From Octopus bimaculoides (lineage: Eukaryota): a DNA stretch of 64,000 nucleotides. Made by a program: the position numbers and the translations under genes. The DNA lies in NCBI RefSeq assembly GCF_001194135.2, contig NC_068993.1, positions 32,845,370 through 32,909,369 on the forward strand. Direction: 5' to 3'. Positions 51,657-63,994 of the stretch are shown one piece after another. The notes under the pieces were generated by a model, which worked only from the letters and a program-made list of their open reading frames with translations, did not search any database and was not told the DNA's origin. Position 1 is the stretch's first letter; each line of letters begins with the position of its first letter.

Positions 51657-52757
51657 CATCATCATCGTCATCATCACCATCGTTTAACGTCTGCTTTCCA
51701 TGCTAGCATGGGTTGGACGATTTCACTGAGGACTGGTGAAACCAGATGGCTACACCAGACTCCAATCTGATTTGGCAGAGTTTCTACAGCTGGATGCCCT
51801 TCCTAATGCCAACCACTCAGAGAGTGTAGTGGGTGCTTTTACATGCCACCGGCACGAAGGCCAGTCAGGGGGTACTGGCAATGGCCACGCTCGAAATGGT
51901 GTATTTTACGTGCCACCCACACAGGAGCCAGTCCAGCGGGACTGGCAACAAACTCGCTTGAATGTCTTTTCACGTGCCAGGAAGGCGACGTTGGTAACAG
52001 TCATGCTTAAATGGTGCTATTTACGTGCCACCGGCACGAAGTCAAGCAGCTGGTGCTCTGGCAACGATCACGCTCAGACAGTGCTCTTAGTGAGTTACTG
52101 GTACTGGTGCCATCACGATTTTGCTTTCACTTGCCCCAACAGGTCTTCGCAAGCCTAATATAGTGTTCAATGAAGATGTTGGCATGAGTGCCAGTCTACA
52201 GATTTAGTTCGATTTCAATTTTGATTTCACTTGCCTCAACAGGTCTTCGCAAGCGGAGTTTAGTGTCCAAAGAAGGAACGTTACGCATAAGTGGGCTGGC
52301 TACATCTCTGGCAGAGGCCTTGGATTTTGGTCTCACTGAGCTTGCCAGGTCCTCTCACACACAGCATATTTCCAAAGGTCTCAGTCAGAAACATTGCCTC
52401 GGTGAGGTCTAAAGTTCGGAGGTCGTGCTTCACCACCTCATCCCAGGTCTTCCTGGGCCTTCCTCTTCCCCGGGTTCCCTCAACCACTAGGGTGTGGCAC
52501 TTTTTCACACAGCTATCTTCATCCATTCTCGCCACATGTCCATACCAGCGCAATCGTCTCTCTTGCACACCACAACTGATGCTTCTTAGGTTCAACTTTT
52601 CTCTCAAGATACTTACACTCTGTCGGGAATGCACACTGACATTACTCGTCCATCGGAGCATACTGGCTTCATTCCTTACAAGCTTACGCATGTTCTCAGC
52701 AGTCAAGGCCCATGTTTCACTGCCATGTAGCATGGCTGTTCGTACACATGCCTCATA
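51655..52757 (-). mobile_element. RTE-clade LINE 3' end (RT C-terminus, 3'UTR, (GAT)n tail)
   Basis: YEACVRTAMLHGSETW...QERRLRWYGHV...GRGRPRKTWDEVV, followed by the family 3'UTR ending GACGTTAAACGATGGTGATG. The 5' part is lost in a gap. Confidence 0.92.
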
Positions 52758-53144
52758 NNNNNNNNNNNNNNNNNNNNNNNNNNNNNNNNNNNNNNNNNNN
52801 NNNNNNNNNNNNNNNNNNNNNNNNNNNNNNNNNNNNNNNNNNNNNNNNNNNNNNNNNNNNNNNNNNNNNNNNNNNNNNNNNNNNNNNNNNNNNNNNNNNN
52901 NNNNNNNNNNNNNNNNNNNNNNNNNNNNNNNNNNNNNNNNNNNNNNNNNNNNNNNNNNNNNNNNNNNNNNNNNNNNNNNNNNNNNNNNNNNNNNNNNNNN
53001 NNNNNNNNNNNNNNNNNNNNNNNNNNNNNNNNNNNNNNNNNNNNNNNNNNNNNNNATATATATATTTATTTCGTTTTTGTACTTGATTTGCAAGGTTTTT
53101 TTATGTGAATTTGTGTTTGTGTGTTGAAGCATATTTTATTCTGC

Positions 53145-53407
53145 CTGGGGAAAGTCATTCTCTTTTAGTGCGTTGTTAATTTAACACACTCACTGGTCTG
53201 ATTTCCACTCATTTACTTATTTATTTTTACTAAAATATTTTCATTGCATCTTGCAGCCTTTTCAATAGACGTTGAGAGTCAATGACTACTGAAAAGGTGG
53301 CAAGACGCAATGAAAATTTTTGTGAAAATAAATAAGTAAATGAGTGGAAATCAGACCAGTGAGTGTGTTAAATTAATAAGCCACTAAAAGAGAATGACTC
53401 TCCCCAG
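53145..53407. repeat. Long palindrome/MITE in SLC25A15 intron 2
   Basis: Arms of about 120 bp (CTGGGGAAAGTCATTCTCTTTTAGTG / CACTAAAAGAGAATGACTCTCCCCAG) and a short loop. Confidence 0.88.
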
Positions 53408-53769
53408 ACACAATATATATATAAATATATAAATTGTGTAAACACTTGTTTGTAGTATCCCAGATTACGTCATTGCTTTTCATATTAACATCGGCTTTTC
53501 CATGCTTGCATGGATCAGATGAGATTTACTGGGACCGAGTTTTCCTCCAGCTTGAAGCCCTTCTTATTTCTGAGCAATGTAATAATACCCAGTCTATTAA
53601 ATAACAAACAGTCCAGACATGGTTATGTAGAGAACTGGAAACAAATAGCACCATATATGTAGCCCTTTTGTTACCTTTTGTTTACAGTCAGCAAACAGTT
53701 GGACAAGGGAGAATATGTATCTAGATGAACACACATACATTCATATATTCATATACATGCATACACACA

Positions 53770-54312
53770 CATCGTCATCATCATCATCATCCTTCAGCGT
53801 CCATTTTCCATGCTGCCATGGTTTGGACTGTTTGACCAGATTTCAGTCTGATTTGGTTTGCCCTTCCTAATACCAACCCCTTTACAATGTGTGCTGGGTA
53901 CTTTTAACATTTCACCACCACAAGTGTTTTTACATGCCATTGGCATGAATGCTTTTTACATGGCACCAGCACAGGACTCTTACAGACCAATCCTCATCAC
54001 CAGGGAATGCTTAACACCTCTGCTGTGGAAGATGGATCTTCTTGAGTACAGCAAGTCACCAGGTGTCTTGGTCCTTTGTTATCTCATCCAAAAGATTCAG
54101 CATTCTGAGGTTGTCCTTCAGTACTTCATCCCATGTCTTCCTGAATCTCCCTCTTCCATCAGTTTCATCCTCTTTAAGTGAACAGCACTTCTTGATGGAG
54201 CTGTCGGCATCCATCTGCATCACATGGCCAAACCAGGTCAGTCTTCTCTCTTGCACACTGCACCTAATTTCTCTTATGCCTAAATGCTCTCTCAATATAC
54301 TAACACTCTGTA
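53770..54312 (-). mobile_element. Older RTE LINE 3' end
   Basis: QERRLTWFGHVMQM...GRGRFRKTWDEVL, plus 3'UTR and (GAT)n tail. Confidence 0.85.
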
Positions 54313-54655
54313 ACTGTATTGTAGGGTTGGTGTGAGAGGCCAGATCTGGCCAATTTGAGCACAAAACAAGTAGAAGATTTAGGCTAGATATGGTTGGTTT
54401 AAAATTATAAAGAATAATGTAGTCTTAGACGCACTGTATCTGAACAGAAGGTGGAATGGTCATGGCTGGAATGACTTTGATCATAGGTCTTCTACTCAAT
54501 CAAGACTCATCTACAGCTAAAGAACCCAACACAATTAAAAATGTGTAATAGGAACAAAATAGAAATTTTTTATAAATGTTTTACAGAAGGACACCTCTGA
54601 TCAGGTAAATCTATGACTAAAAGGTGATCCAGTTATGACCATCTTGTCATTTTAA

Positions 54656-54875
54656 CCCTTTAGCATTTAAACCAGCCATATCTGTCCCAAACATTCCACA
54701 TGTTCTATGTTCAAATTGGCCAGATCTGGTCTCTTGTACCTATCCTACAATGTCATTCCAAAAGTAAACAATCACATCATCAAAATTTCAAAACTATGTG
54801 GTAATATATGATTAATTCAAAACTGTGTGAATAAATAAGCATTACATTTGATAGAATAATCTGAATGCTAAAGGG
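54656..54875. mobile_element. piggyBac-like MITE (~220 bp)
   Basis: TTAA|CCCTTTAGCATT...AATGCTAAAGGG|TTAA. Related copies at about 27325-27535, 32452-32904 (SINE inside) and 56094-56700 (SINE inside). Confidence 0.82.
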
Positions 54876-55112
54876 TTAAGAAGATAATAAAACTAAGAGA
54901 TAAAGATTTACTGGAACCACAGTTGGGTTGGATATGAATAAGAGATAGATTTACTCACCATATGTGGCTTGGCTCTTTGTCTGGCGCTGATATCTTCTGT
55001 TAGGGTTAAATTCATTTGTCATATCATAGTCTGTCACCTCAAACTTCTCAATTTCTGGAGATGACATTTTGTAAATCTACTGAACACACATATGCATGCA
55101 CGCCCGCCCGCC

Positions 55113-55151
<39 letters not shown>

Positions 55152-55154
55152 ATT

Positions 55155-55365
55155 AAGGCAGCAAGCTGCCAGAATCATTATCATGCTGAGCAAAATGCTT
55201 AGAAGCATTTCATCTATCTTCATGTTCTGAGTTCAAATTCTGCCATGGTTGGCTGCATTCATCCTTTCAGGATCTATAAAATAAGCACCCAATAAGCACC
55301 CAGAGTCAATGTAACTGACTTACTCTCTCTTCTGAAATAACTTTCCTTGTGCCAAAATTTGAAAT
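55155..55365 (+). mobile_element. Deu/Nin-like-domain SINE
   Basis: Same family as the 45 kb cluster. Confidence 0.7.
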
Positions 55366-56189
55366 CTCTATATATATATATGATGGGCTGCTTTATCCCC
55401 CATTTAGCAATTTCCCTCACAAGGTATTAGTTTAGCTACAGCTATAACAGAGAACACCAGCCAACAGCATCCATGCAGTTGGGCTGAACCCTTAACCACA
55501 TGCTGTTGAAGCAAACTTCTTAATCATGTAGCCAACAGCAAATATGTACAACAGGGGTAGCTGCCAAACATGCATTGTATAATTTATTATTAAATATAGA
55601 GAATCTGGGTGGGTTTGGATGGAATGCTTTTGATCATTAGTCTGGTCAGTCTAGGTTGACTTGGGGTTAAACAACAGCAACAACAAGATTGATGACACAA
55701 CAATAGTAGTCTTAACCTGCTAGAAATTGCAGTAAAATCTCCCACAGAAAGGAAGGACACAGATAATGTACTAAAAAGATGTGATGGTCTGAGCAACTAT
55801 AGTAAAACTGATAAGTATTACATTGACTTAGTGTTAGGTTTAACTCCAGTTGTGGGTAGGACCAGGGAGAAAGAGAAAGGGTGATAGTCTTCGTTGAGCT
55901 GACTTCCCTTGGGCAAGAGAAAGAGAGAGAGTCTCTGTTGAGCTGATTTGTCCTGGGACAAATGGGTCTCAATCATTTTTAGCTTTGTGGCTGCTTGCTT
56001 GAAGTGGCATTTTACAAACAAACCTCTCTCTTTGTTTTACGAAAACAAGGAAAATCAAGTAAATTATTTTAATTAAGCAAAATAATTAATCAACCCATTA
56101 GCATTTAGATCAGCCATATCCGGCACCAATATTTTATCTGTTTTATGTTCAAACCGGCTAGATCTGAACTCTCATACCTATGTCATTCT

Positions 56190-56590
56190 GTAGCTGTGTG
56201 GTAAAAAGCTTGCCTCCTAACCACATGGTTCCAGGATCAGTTCCACTGAGTGGCACCTTGGACAAGTGTCTTCTGCTATAGCCTCAGGTCAACCAAAGCC
56301 TTATGAGTGGATTTGGTAGACAAAAGCTGAAAGAATCCTGTCGTATATCTATTTACATATATCTGTGTGTGTATTTTTGTGTCTGTGTTTGTCCCCCGTC
56401 ACTGCTTGACAACTAGTGTTGGTATGTTTACATTCCCATAATCTAGCAGTTCGGCAAAAGAGACCAATAGAATAAGTGTCAAGCTTAAAATACAATTTGA
56501 GTACTGGGGTTGATCCTTTCAACTAAAACGAATTCTTAAAAGTGGTGCCCCAGCATGGCTGCAATTTAATGACTGAAACAAGTAAAATAT
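56190..56590 (+). mobile_element. SINE with internal microsatellite, nested in a piggyBac-like MITE
   Basis: Full-length diverged copy. Confidence 0.82.
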
Positions 56591-57799
56591 GAACCACATC
56601 AATGAAATCTACCAGCTACAAGTTAATGCATGAATAATTCAAAACAATGTAAATAAGTAGGCATTACATTTGATAGTGTAATCTTTAATGCTAAAGTGTT
56701 AGACAGTGGTTTCTTATCCCTATTTAATACGGAATCAATAAATAATAAATATTATTCATTCAAAAAATTATATTTTATTTAGATCTAATAGAAGGAAAAT
56801 TGTGGATATTGGACTATGTCGTGTTTCTAATCGGTCATGTTTCTTTTCACTGATAACATAGTGTCCTACTTCTAATCATGACAAAGTTTTTTTTTATTTG
56901 AAAATTAGTTTAAAGTGCTTAAGATTATACTTTGTTTAAATATTTTATTTCTAAATAAGTTCACAAACTGTCTAAGCACTCAGCATCCTCCTCTGTATAG
57001 GCCTTTGACATTTGCTGTCCCATTGTGAGCACATTATATCCCCAAGGGGACAGAACCACTGCTCTTGTATGACTTTTCAACTACTGGATGGATCATGGAG
57101 TTATTATGCTGCATTGTAGTTGTTGTCATCATCATTGTCTTATGTCTAATTTTCCATGCTGGCATGGGTTAGAGATTTTCTGAAATAGTGTTTTACACTC
57201 AAATGCCCTTTCTCCTTTCTGTTGTTGATTTTTTTTAACTACCTCTCAAAACCTGCAGGTATACAGTATTTTAAAAACTGGAATATACTTGTCAAGAGAC
57301 ACCTATGTTATCTTCAGATAATGTGTCTATATTTTAGTAGGTATCTGTTTAAAACTGGAAGAACCACTATGTAAGGCATTGTACTCAGTAACATAATGTA
57401 GAGTGGAAATATTTATTCATGACATTGACAGGCCTAATGCTGTTTCTTTTAATTTCAAAATTCATCAGAGTGCAAATCTAATGAATTCCCAATTGAAAGA
57501 AACATGATTAGTCTTGTAAAAACCATAACTAAACAAATGTAACATATCTATTACAATTTTTACCTGCTGTAGAATCCTATAGGAAGACTGTCTTTAGTGA
57601 CTTAATCAGTTCTACACACATTGGTTCACCTCACTGAAAGGAATAAATACCTGATAATCTGGGAATATTAGCTGTGAGAAACTGGTGTCCTATCCAAAAA
57701 GAGATCTAACTCTTACCTGATGTTTAAAATTATTAAATTGAAATAAAATACCCAAGCTCTGGCTCATAAGAGCCATTGTGAGGTCTGTGAGAAATATTG

Positions 57800-58010
57800 G
57801 TTTCAAATTTTGGCACAAGGCCAGCAATTTCAGGGGAGGGAGTTGATTGATTACATCAACCCCAGTACTTAACTGGTACTTATTTTATTGACCCTGAAAG
57901 GATGAAAGGCAAAGTTAGCCTCAGCAGAATTTGAACTCAGAACATGAAAACGGACAAAGTGCTACTAAGCATTTTGCCTGGTGAGCTAATACTTCTGACA
58001 GTTCACTACC
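57800..58010 (-). mobile_element. Deu/Nin-like-domain SINE
   Basis: Same family, inverted relative to 55155-55365. Confidence 0.78.
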
Positions 58011-58344
58011 TTGAGATCTACTAAAAATATTAACATTGTTATCATTACTAATGTTTACACTACAAAGACACAATTTTGAGACTTGTAACTTTCTTTGCCT
58101 CAACCTTCTCTGCCAAACAGAAGGAGTCTTTCAAACTGTTAGAAACAATGTGCACCAGGTACATCTTCTGGGTGAGCTGGGGCACATAATGCATAACGTG
58201 ACCTAGGGTCATATCAGTGTTTGTCTTTCAACATCAGACGCCTTTTTCAGTTAATCCAGGTAGGGGATTAATCAGACCTTTACTTATGTCCTAGCAATAA
58301 CAGTCCATGGATAAGCTCTCTTGTCCAAAACCACCTGCTGGCTT

Positions 58345-58394
<50 letters not shown>

Positions 58395-58404
58395 NNNNNN
58401 NNNN

Positions 58405-58439
<35 letters not shown>

Positions 58440-58684
58440 TTAGAGAGAAGAGAGAGCGAGATGTTTGGATGTATGTATGCATGAAAACATATATTACATA
58501 CAGAGGATGGCTTAGCTGGCTGAAACTTCAAAGTCATTGTCAATACTATTCTTGTAAAAGAATAATAAATTTGTACTCTACCAAAAGTATTGAGTAATCC
58601 TTCAGTTTAGCGTAAAATTGTTTTTATCATAACATTAAAACAAACATTAATATATCTCTCTATATATGTGTGTGTGTGTGTGTG

Positions 58685-58888
58685 TGGAGTAACTGTGTGG
58701 TAAGTAGCTTGTTTACCAACTACATGGTTCTGGGTTCAGTCCCACTGCATGGTACCTTGGGCAAGTGTCTTCTACTATAGCCTNNNNNNNNNNCATGGTA
58801 CCTTGGGCAAGTGTCTTCTACTATAGCCTCGGGCCGACCAAAGCCTTGTGAGTGGATTTAGCAGATGGAAACTGGAAGAAGTCTGTTG

Positions 58889-58919
<31 letters not shown>

Positions 58920-59105
58920 TTATGTGTCTCTGTTTGTCCCCCCAACATCGCTTGACAACTGATGCTGGTGTGATTGCGTCCCCATAACTTAGTGGTTCGG
59001 CAAAAAAGACCGATAGAATAAGTACTAGGCTTACAATGAATAAGTCTTGGGGTCAATTTGCTCGACAAAAGGCAGTTCTCCAGCATGGCTGCAGTCAAAT
59101 GACAA
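58685..59105 (+). mobile_element. SINE with internal microsatellite
   Basis: Full length; small gap with duplicated flanks. Confidence 0.85.
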
Positions 59106-59114
59106 GCAAATATA

Positions 59115-59570
59115 TCATCATCATCATCGTTTAACGTCCGCTTTCTATGCTAGCATGGGTTGGACGATTTGACTGAGGACTGGTGAACCAAATGGCTACA
59201 CCAGGCTCCAATCTGATTTGGCAGAGTTTCTACAGCTGGATGCCCTCCCTAACGCCAACCACTCCGAGTGTGTAGTGGGTGGTTTTACGTGCCACCGGCA
59301 CGAAGGCCACTCAGGCGGTACTGGCAATGGCCACGCTCAAAATGGTGTATTTTACATGCCACCTGCACAGGAGACAGTCCAGAGGCATTGGCAACGATCT
59401 CACTCGAATGTCTTTACACATGCCACCAGCACAAGTGCCAGGAAGCCGATGCTGGGTACAGGTGCCATCACAATTTCGCTTTCGCTTGCCCCAACAGGTC
59501 TTCGCAAGCCGAGTTTAGTGTCCAATGAAGGAGACGACGTTGGCATGGGTACCAGTCATCGAATTTAGTC
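59115..59570 (-). mobile_element. RTE LINE 3'UTR/tail
   Basis: Closely matches 51655-52200 (CAGCTGGATGCC.TCCTAA.GCCAACCACTC; (GAT)n tail). Confidence 0.85.
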
Positions 59571-59603
<33 letters not shown>

Positions 59604-60204
59604 CAATGTTAATTCTCTAAATGAAGTATTAACAGTAACTGCACGATAAAGTGTAGTATATTGCCACTTAAGTGTGGCTGANNNNNNNNNNNNNNNNNNN
59701 NNNNNNNNNNNNNNNNNNNNNNNNNNNNNNNNNNNNNNNNNNNNNNNNNNNNNNNNNNNNNNNNNNNNNNNNNNNNNNNNNNNNNNNNNNNNNNNNNNNN
59801 NNNNNNNNNNNNNNNNNNNNNNNNNNNNNNNNNNNNNNNNNNNNNNNNNNNNNNNNNNNNNNNNNNNNNNNNNNNNNNNNNNNNNNNNNNNNNNNNNNNN
59901 NNNNNNNNNNNNNNNNNNNNNNNNNNNNNNNNNNNNNNNNNNNNNNNNNNNNNNNNNNNNNNNNNNNNNNNNNNNNNNNNNNNNNNNNNNNNNNNNNNNN
60001 NNNNNNNNNNNNNNNNNNNNNNNNNNNNNNNNNNNNNNNNNNNNNNNNNNNNNNNNNNNNNNNNNNNNNNNNNNNNNNNNNNNNNNNNNNNNNNNNNNNN
60101 NNNNNNNNNNNNNNNNNNNNNNNNNNNNNNNNNNNNNNNNNNNNNNNNNNNNNNNNNNNNNNNNNNNNNNNNNNNNNNNNNNNNNNNNNNNNNNNNNNNN
60201 NNNN

Positions 60205-60640
60205 AAGCCCGTCGTACACATCTGTGTGTCTGTGTATGTATATATATAGGCGCAGGCGTGGCTGTTTGGAAAGAAGCTTGCTTCCCAACCACATGGTCCT
60301 GGGTTCAGTCCCAATGTATGGCACCTTGGGCAAGTGTCTTCTACTATAATCTTGGGCCAACCAAAGCCTTGTTAGTGGATTTGGTAGATGGAAACTGAAA
60401 GAAGCCCGTCGTACACATCTGTGTGTCTGTGTATGTATATATATATTTCCAATTGAGTTTATATATATATGTTTGTATGTCTGTGTTTGTCCCCCCACCA
60501 CCACCTGACAACCGATGTTCGTGTGTTTACATCCCCATAACTTAGCAGTTTGGCAAAATAGACTGCTAGAATAAGTCCTGGGGTTGATTTGTTCGACTAA
60601 AGGCGGTGCTCTAGCATGGTCACAGTCGGGTATGTTCCTA
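60205..60640 (+). mobile_element. SINE with tandemly repeated 5' half
   Basis: AAGCCCGTCGTACACATCTGTGTGTCTGTGTATGTATATATAT occurs at both 60205 and about 60403. Confidence 0.82.
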
Positions 60641-60839
60641 GAAGTAACAGAGTTTATTTAATGAGATACTCCTTATAACATCACCTGAGTAGATGCATAT
60701 GCACTGAGGGATGCACCACAACCAGTTGTACAGAATCCAGAATCCCTCCTGCGGGGGATCAATGCAAGATGCATTGAAATGATTGTTGTGTGCAATAAAA
60801 TTTCTCATATATTCCATTTTACATCTCGATCATTTGTTA

Positions 60840-61140
60840 CATGCGGAGACTCCCTTCGGTCACAAGTCCGGGCAAGGTTGTTCATGGAAGACCAGCAGTC
60901 ACCCATGCATACCGGCCTCCTCTCTCCATGCCACTAGTGTTATCCAAGAGAAAGGCTAAGGGGCCAATACAGCTTGGCACCAGTGACGTCGCAACTCATT
61001 TCTACAGCTGAGTGAACTGGAGCTACGTGAAATAAAGTGTCTTGCTCAAGAACACAACACGCAGCCCAGTCCGGGATTCAAACCCACAACCTCATGGTCG
61101 TAAGCTCGACGCTCTAACCACTGAGCCATGTACCTTCACA
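60840..61140 (-). mobile_element. tRNA-derived SINE of a different family (TTGAGCAAGACAC core)
   Basis: Head GTACATGGCTCAGTGGTTAGAGCGTCGAGC...GGGTTTGAATCCC with A and B boxes, followed by a conserved-core-like segment. Confidence 0.8.
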
Positions 61141-61162
61141 TTTGTTACATTTATATATATAC

Positions 61163-61400
61163 TTACTTGGAAATGGATGTGTCGCATTCAATTAAACAAT
61201 AAGTAATATATATATGTATACATGCATATATGGGTACAGGACATCACCAACAGTACAAATAACATGAAATACATAAACAAGGAAAAAATTAGTTCCATTT
61301 TTTTCTCGTTGTTTACGTATATTACTCGTTTTTCCCTCGTTTGTTTACATATTTCATGTTATTTGCACCATTGGTGACGTCCTGTGCCCATATATGCATG

Positions 61401-61440
<40 letters not shown>

Positions 61441-61486
61441 TATTTATTATTATTTAATGGAACACAACGCATCCATTTCCAAGTAA
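61163..61486. repeat. Inverted repeat/MITE in SLC25A15 intron 2
   Basis: TTACTTGGAAATGGATG / CATCCATTTCCAAGTAA ends. A half copy recurs at about 61945-62060. Confidence 0.82.
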
Positions 61487-62082
61487 TTTTATCTTCACCT
61501 TTTTGATGCAACTCTTTACTCTATACTATTTTCTTCCTCCATCCTTCTCTAATTCCCTTTTTCTCCCCCTCCCGCCTTCACTGTTTTCATTTCCTCACGT
61601 GACCTTCTTTCTTTTCCTGCATGGACGTTTAAATGAGCGGACATGTTTTTCTCTCTCTCTTTTATCTTCTCTCTTTTCAAGAAAAAATGTTTCTCTCAGC
61701 ATTCACTATTTTCCTCTCATTCTGGTCTAATGACCCTCATGTTTGTTTTCGTTCAGTTTCCTTGTATGTCTCCACTGTCATTTTTTTGTTCCCAACTTTG
61801 ACCCTCCATAAATCTAAAATTTTATTTTAGAATTTTGGGGAGCAACTGTCTTTGAAGACTCATATTGTCGTTGAATGCTTGTAATGAGGCATAGATAGAC
61901 AGCCGACAACTGATGAATAGCTCTTTCTCTGTGTTAATTTGTCCTGTTTTCCATTCTTCTTTCGTTGTTTGCATATATTACTCATTTTTCCCTTGTTTGT
62001 TTATGTATTTCATGTTATTTTCACCATTGCCAATGTCCTGTAACCATATATGCATATATATATATATAAGTTATATATTATT

Positions 62083-62120
<38 letters not shown>

Positions 62121-62150
62121 TTATTTATTTATTTATTATANNNNNNNNNN

Positions 62151-63336
62151 CAGTAATTACAGCTTGAATTCTGTGAGGTATGGACTCGTACAAAGTTTGA
62201 ATTGTTTCCAAAGGAAGTTTTGTCCATTCTTCAGCTAAAACAGTCTCCAGTTCTTGGAGTGATGATGGTGGAGGATATCGACTCCTTACTTGTTTTTCTA
62301 AAATTCACCATAAATGTTCAATAATATTGAGATCTGGGGACTGTGGTGACCAGATAAGATGTTCAGCTTCACTAGAATGTTCCTCGTGCCATTCAATAAC
62401 AACTTTAGCTGTGTGAATTGGTGCAATATCATCCTGAAAGACTGCGTTTCCCTCCGGAAACAGTTCTGCAACCATAGGATGAATTTGATCAGATAAAATG
62501 CTTAAATAGTCTTGACTGTTAATTCTGCCATGAAGGGAAACCATTGGGCCAGCAGATTTCCAAGATACAGCCCCCCAGATCATCACAGATCCTCCTCCAT
62601 GTTTAACAGTTGAAAGAAGGCAGTCTGGATCAAATGTTTCTTTTGGCTGTCTCCACATGTATATTTGGCTGGTTGTCGGAAATAAGGTGAAGGATGACTC
62701 GTTTGAGAAAATAACATTCTTCCACTGTCTTAGGGACCAATTCTGTAGGTTTTTACTCCACTCTAAACGTTTTGCAACGTTTGTTTTTGAAAGTAGTGGT
62801 TTTCTGATTACAGCCTTCCCATGACATCTGGCTTTGTACAGCTCCCAGCAAACAGTTTTTGTAGAAACTGGGTTCTCAAGGTGGTCATTAAGCTCAGCAG
62901 TAATTTTGGGAGCTGTACTTTTGTGATCCTTTCTAACAATTTGTGTAAGAGTCCGACGGTCCCTATCTGAAAGTTTTGGTTTTCTTCCGGAGTTTTGTTT
63001 CGACGAGGTTTTTCCCCTCTTTCTCAAAGGCTGTCATTACTTTTGAAACAGTACTTCTTGCTACACCAAACTTTTCGGCTGTTTTTGTTATGCTCGCGCC
63101 TGCCATATGAGCACCAACAATTTGACCTCTTTGAAAGTCCAATAGATCTGTCAATTTAATGAATTTTAATTACCTTTTTCTGATGATATCTGAAAAGAAA
63201 CAGCAATTTTAGCAAAACATATTAAGCAATACTAATAATAAATTAAAAATCATAAAAAGCTTTTGATGATTTTATAGATATTTCAAAATTATGAAGCTAT
63301 GATTCTGGGTGTTTCCTTTATTTTGTCCAACCCCTG
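62151..63336 (-). mobile_element. Tc1-family transposon, nearly complete transposase pseudogene
   Basis: TIR CAGGGGTTGGACAAAATAAAGGAAACACC next to TA at 63337. Transposase reads (M>L)TDLLDFQRGQIVGA...GRKPKLS...VIFSNES...FQDDIAPIH...WSPQSPDLNIIEHLW*ILEKQV...RIQAVIT. Lesions: start codon TTG, frameshift near 63015, first catalytic D changed to N, stop at 62305. The other end is in the N gap. Confidence 0.93.
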
Positions 63337-63364
<28 letters not shown>

Positions 63365-63370
<6 letters not shown>

Positions 63371-63580
63371 CAAAGTTTTAAATTTTTACATTTAAGAAAG
63401 ATGTTTATATCCATGTATTTAATCCAATATTAACATTCCTGTATACAGCTATATTTGACCAAAATATATTTGGTCAAATATAGCTGTATACAGAAATATT
63501 AACATCGGATTAAATACATGGATATAAACATCGGCGTCAAATCTCTTTCTTAAATGTAAAAATTTAAAACTTTGGATATA
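63365..63580. repeat. Near-perfect palindrome with a 5-nt loop just upstream of exon 3
   Basis: GTATACAGCTATATTTGACCAAA-ATATA-TTTGGTCAAATATAGCTGTATAC core, arms of about 100 bp, with a ~13-nt insertion in the right arm. Confidence 0.9.
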
Positions 63581-63673
63581 TAAACAAGTAGAACGATCCT
63601 TAAGGAGTCTAATTTAGATTTTTTGAGGTGAAATCTCATGCTATATTGGTAACGATTACAGAGTTTACTTTGA

Positions 63674-63705
<32 letters not shown>

Positions 63706-63729
63706 CTGTTTATCTCTCCACATATACAC

Positions 63730-63786
<57 letters not shown>

Positions 63787-63821
63787 TATCTCTATATATA
63801 TATTATGTTTTCACTTGTCAG

Positions 63822-63994
63822 TGGACCCTGGGCAGTAACAAAAGAAGTCCTCCATGCTGAAGGAATTCCAGGTCTCTATAAAGGTTTGACCAGTACTATA
63901 CTCAGAGAAATGCCTGGATATTTCTTTTTCTTTGGTGGTTATGAGTTAACCCGTCATTTGTTTATACCAAAAGGTGGCACTAAAGAGGATGTGG
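63822..63994 (+). CDS. SLC25A15: Mitochondrial ornithine carrier, third coding exon (GPWAVTKEVLHAEGIPGLYKGLTSTILREMPGYFFFFGGYELTRHLFIPKGGTKEDV-G); gene continues beyond the window
   Basis: LREMPGYFFFFGGYE is characteristic of ORNT1-type carriers. Acceptor TTGTCAG at 63815-63821, donor GTAAGG at 63995. Length 173 nt; phase 2 in matches exon 2. Confidence 0.95.

Noticed and set aside
57570-57640. - strand exon-like unit antisense to SLC25A15
   Set aside because: Stops in all frames and no independent support.
58121-58158. 38-nt possible poison exon in SLC25A15 intron 2
   Set aside because: The splice-like sites alone are insufficient, such sites are common by chance, and there is no other support.
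3793-60504. Long ORFs containing X runs in the supplied track
   Set aside because: They only span N gaps and microsatellites and have no coding evidence.
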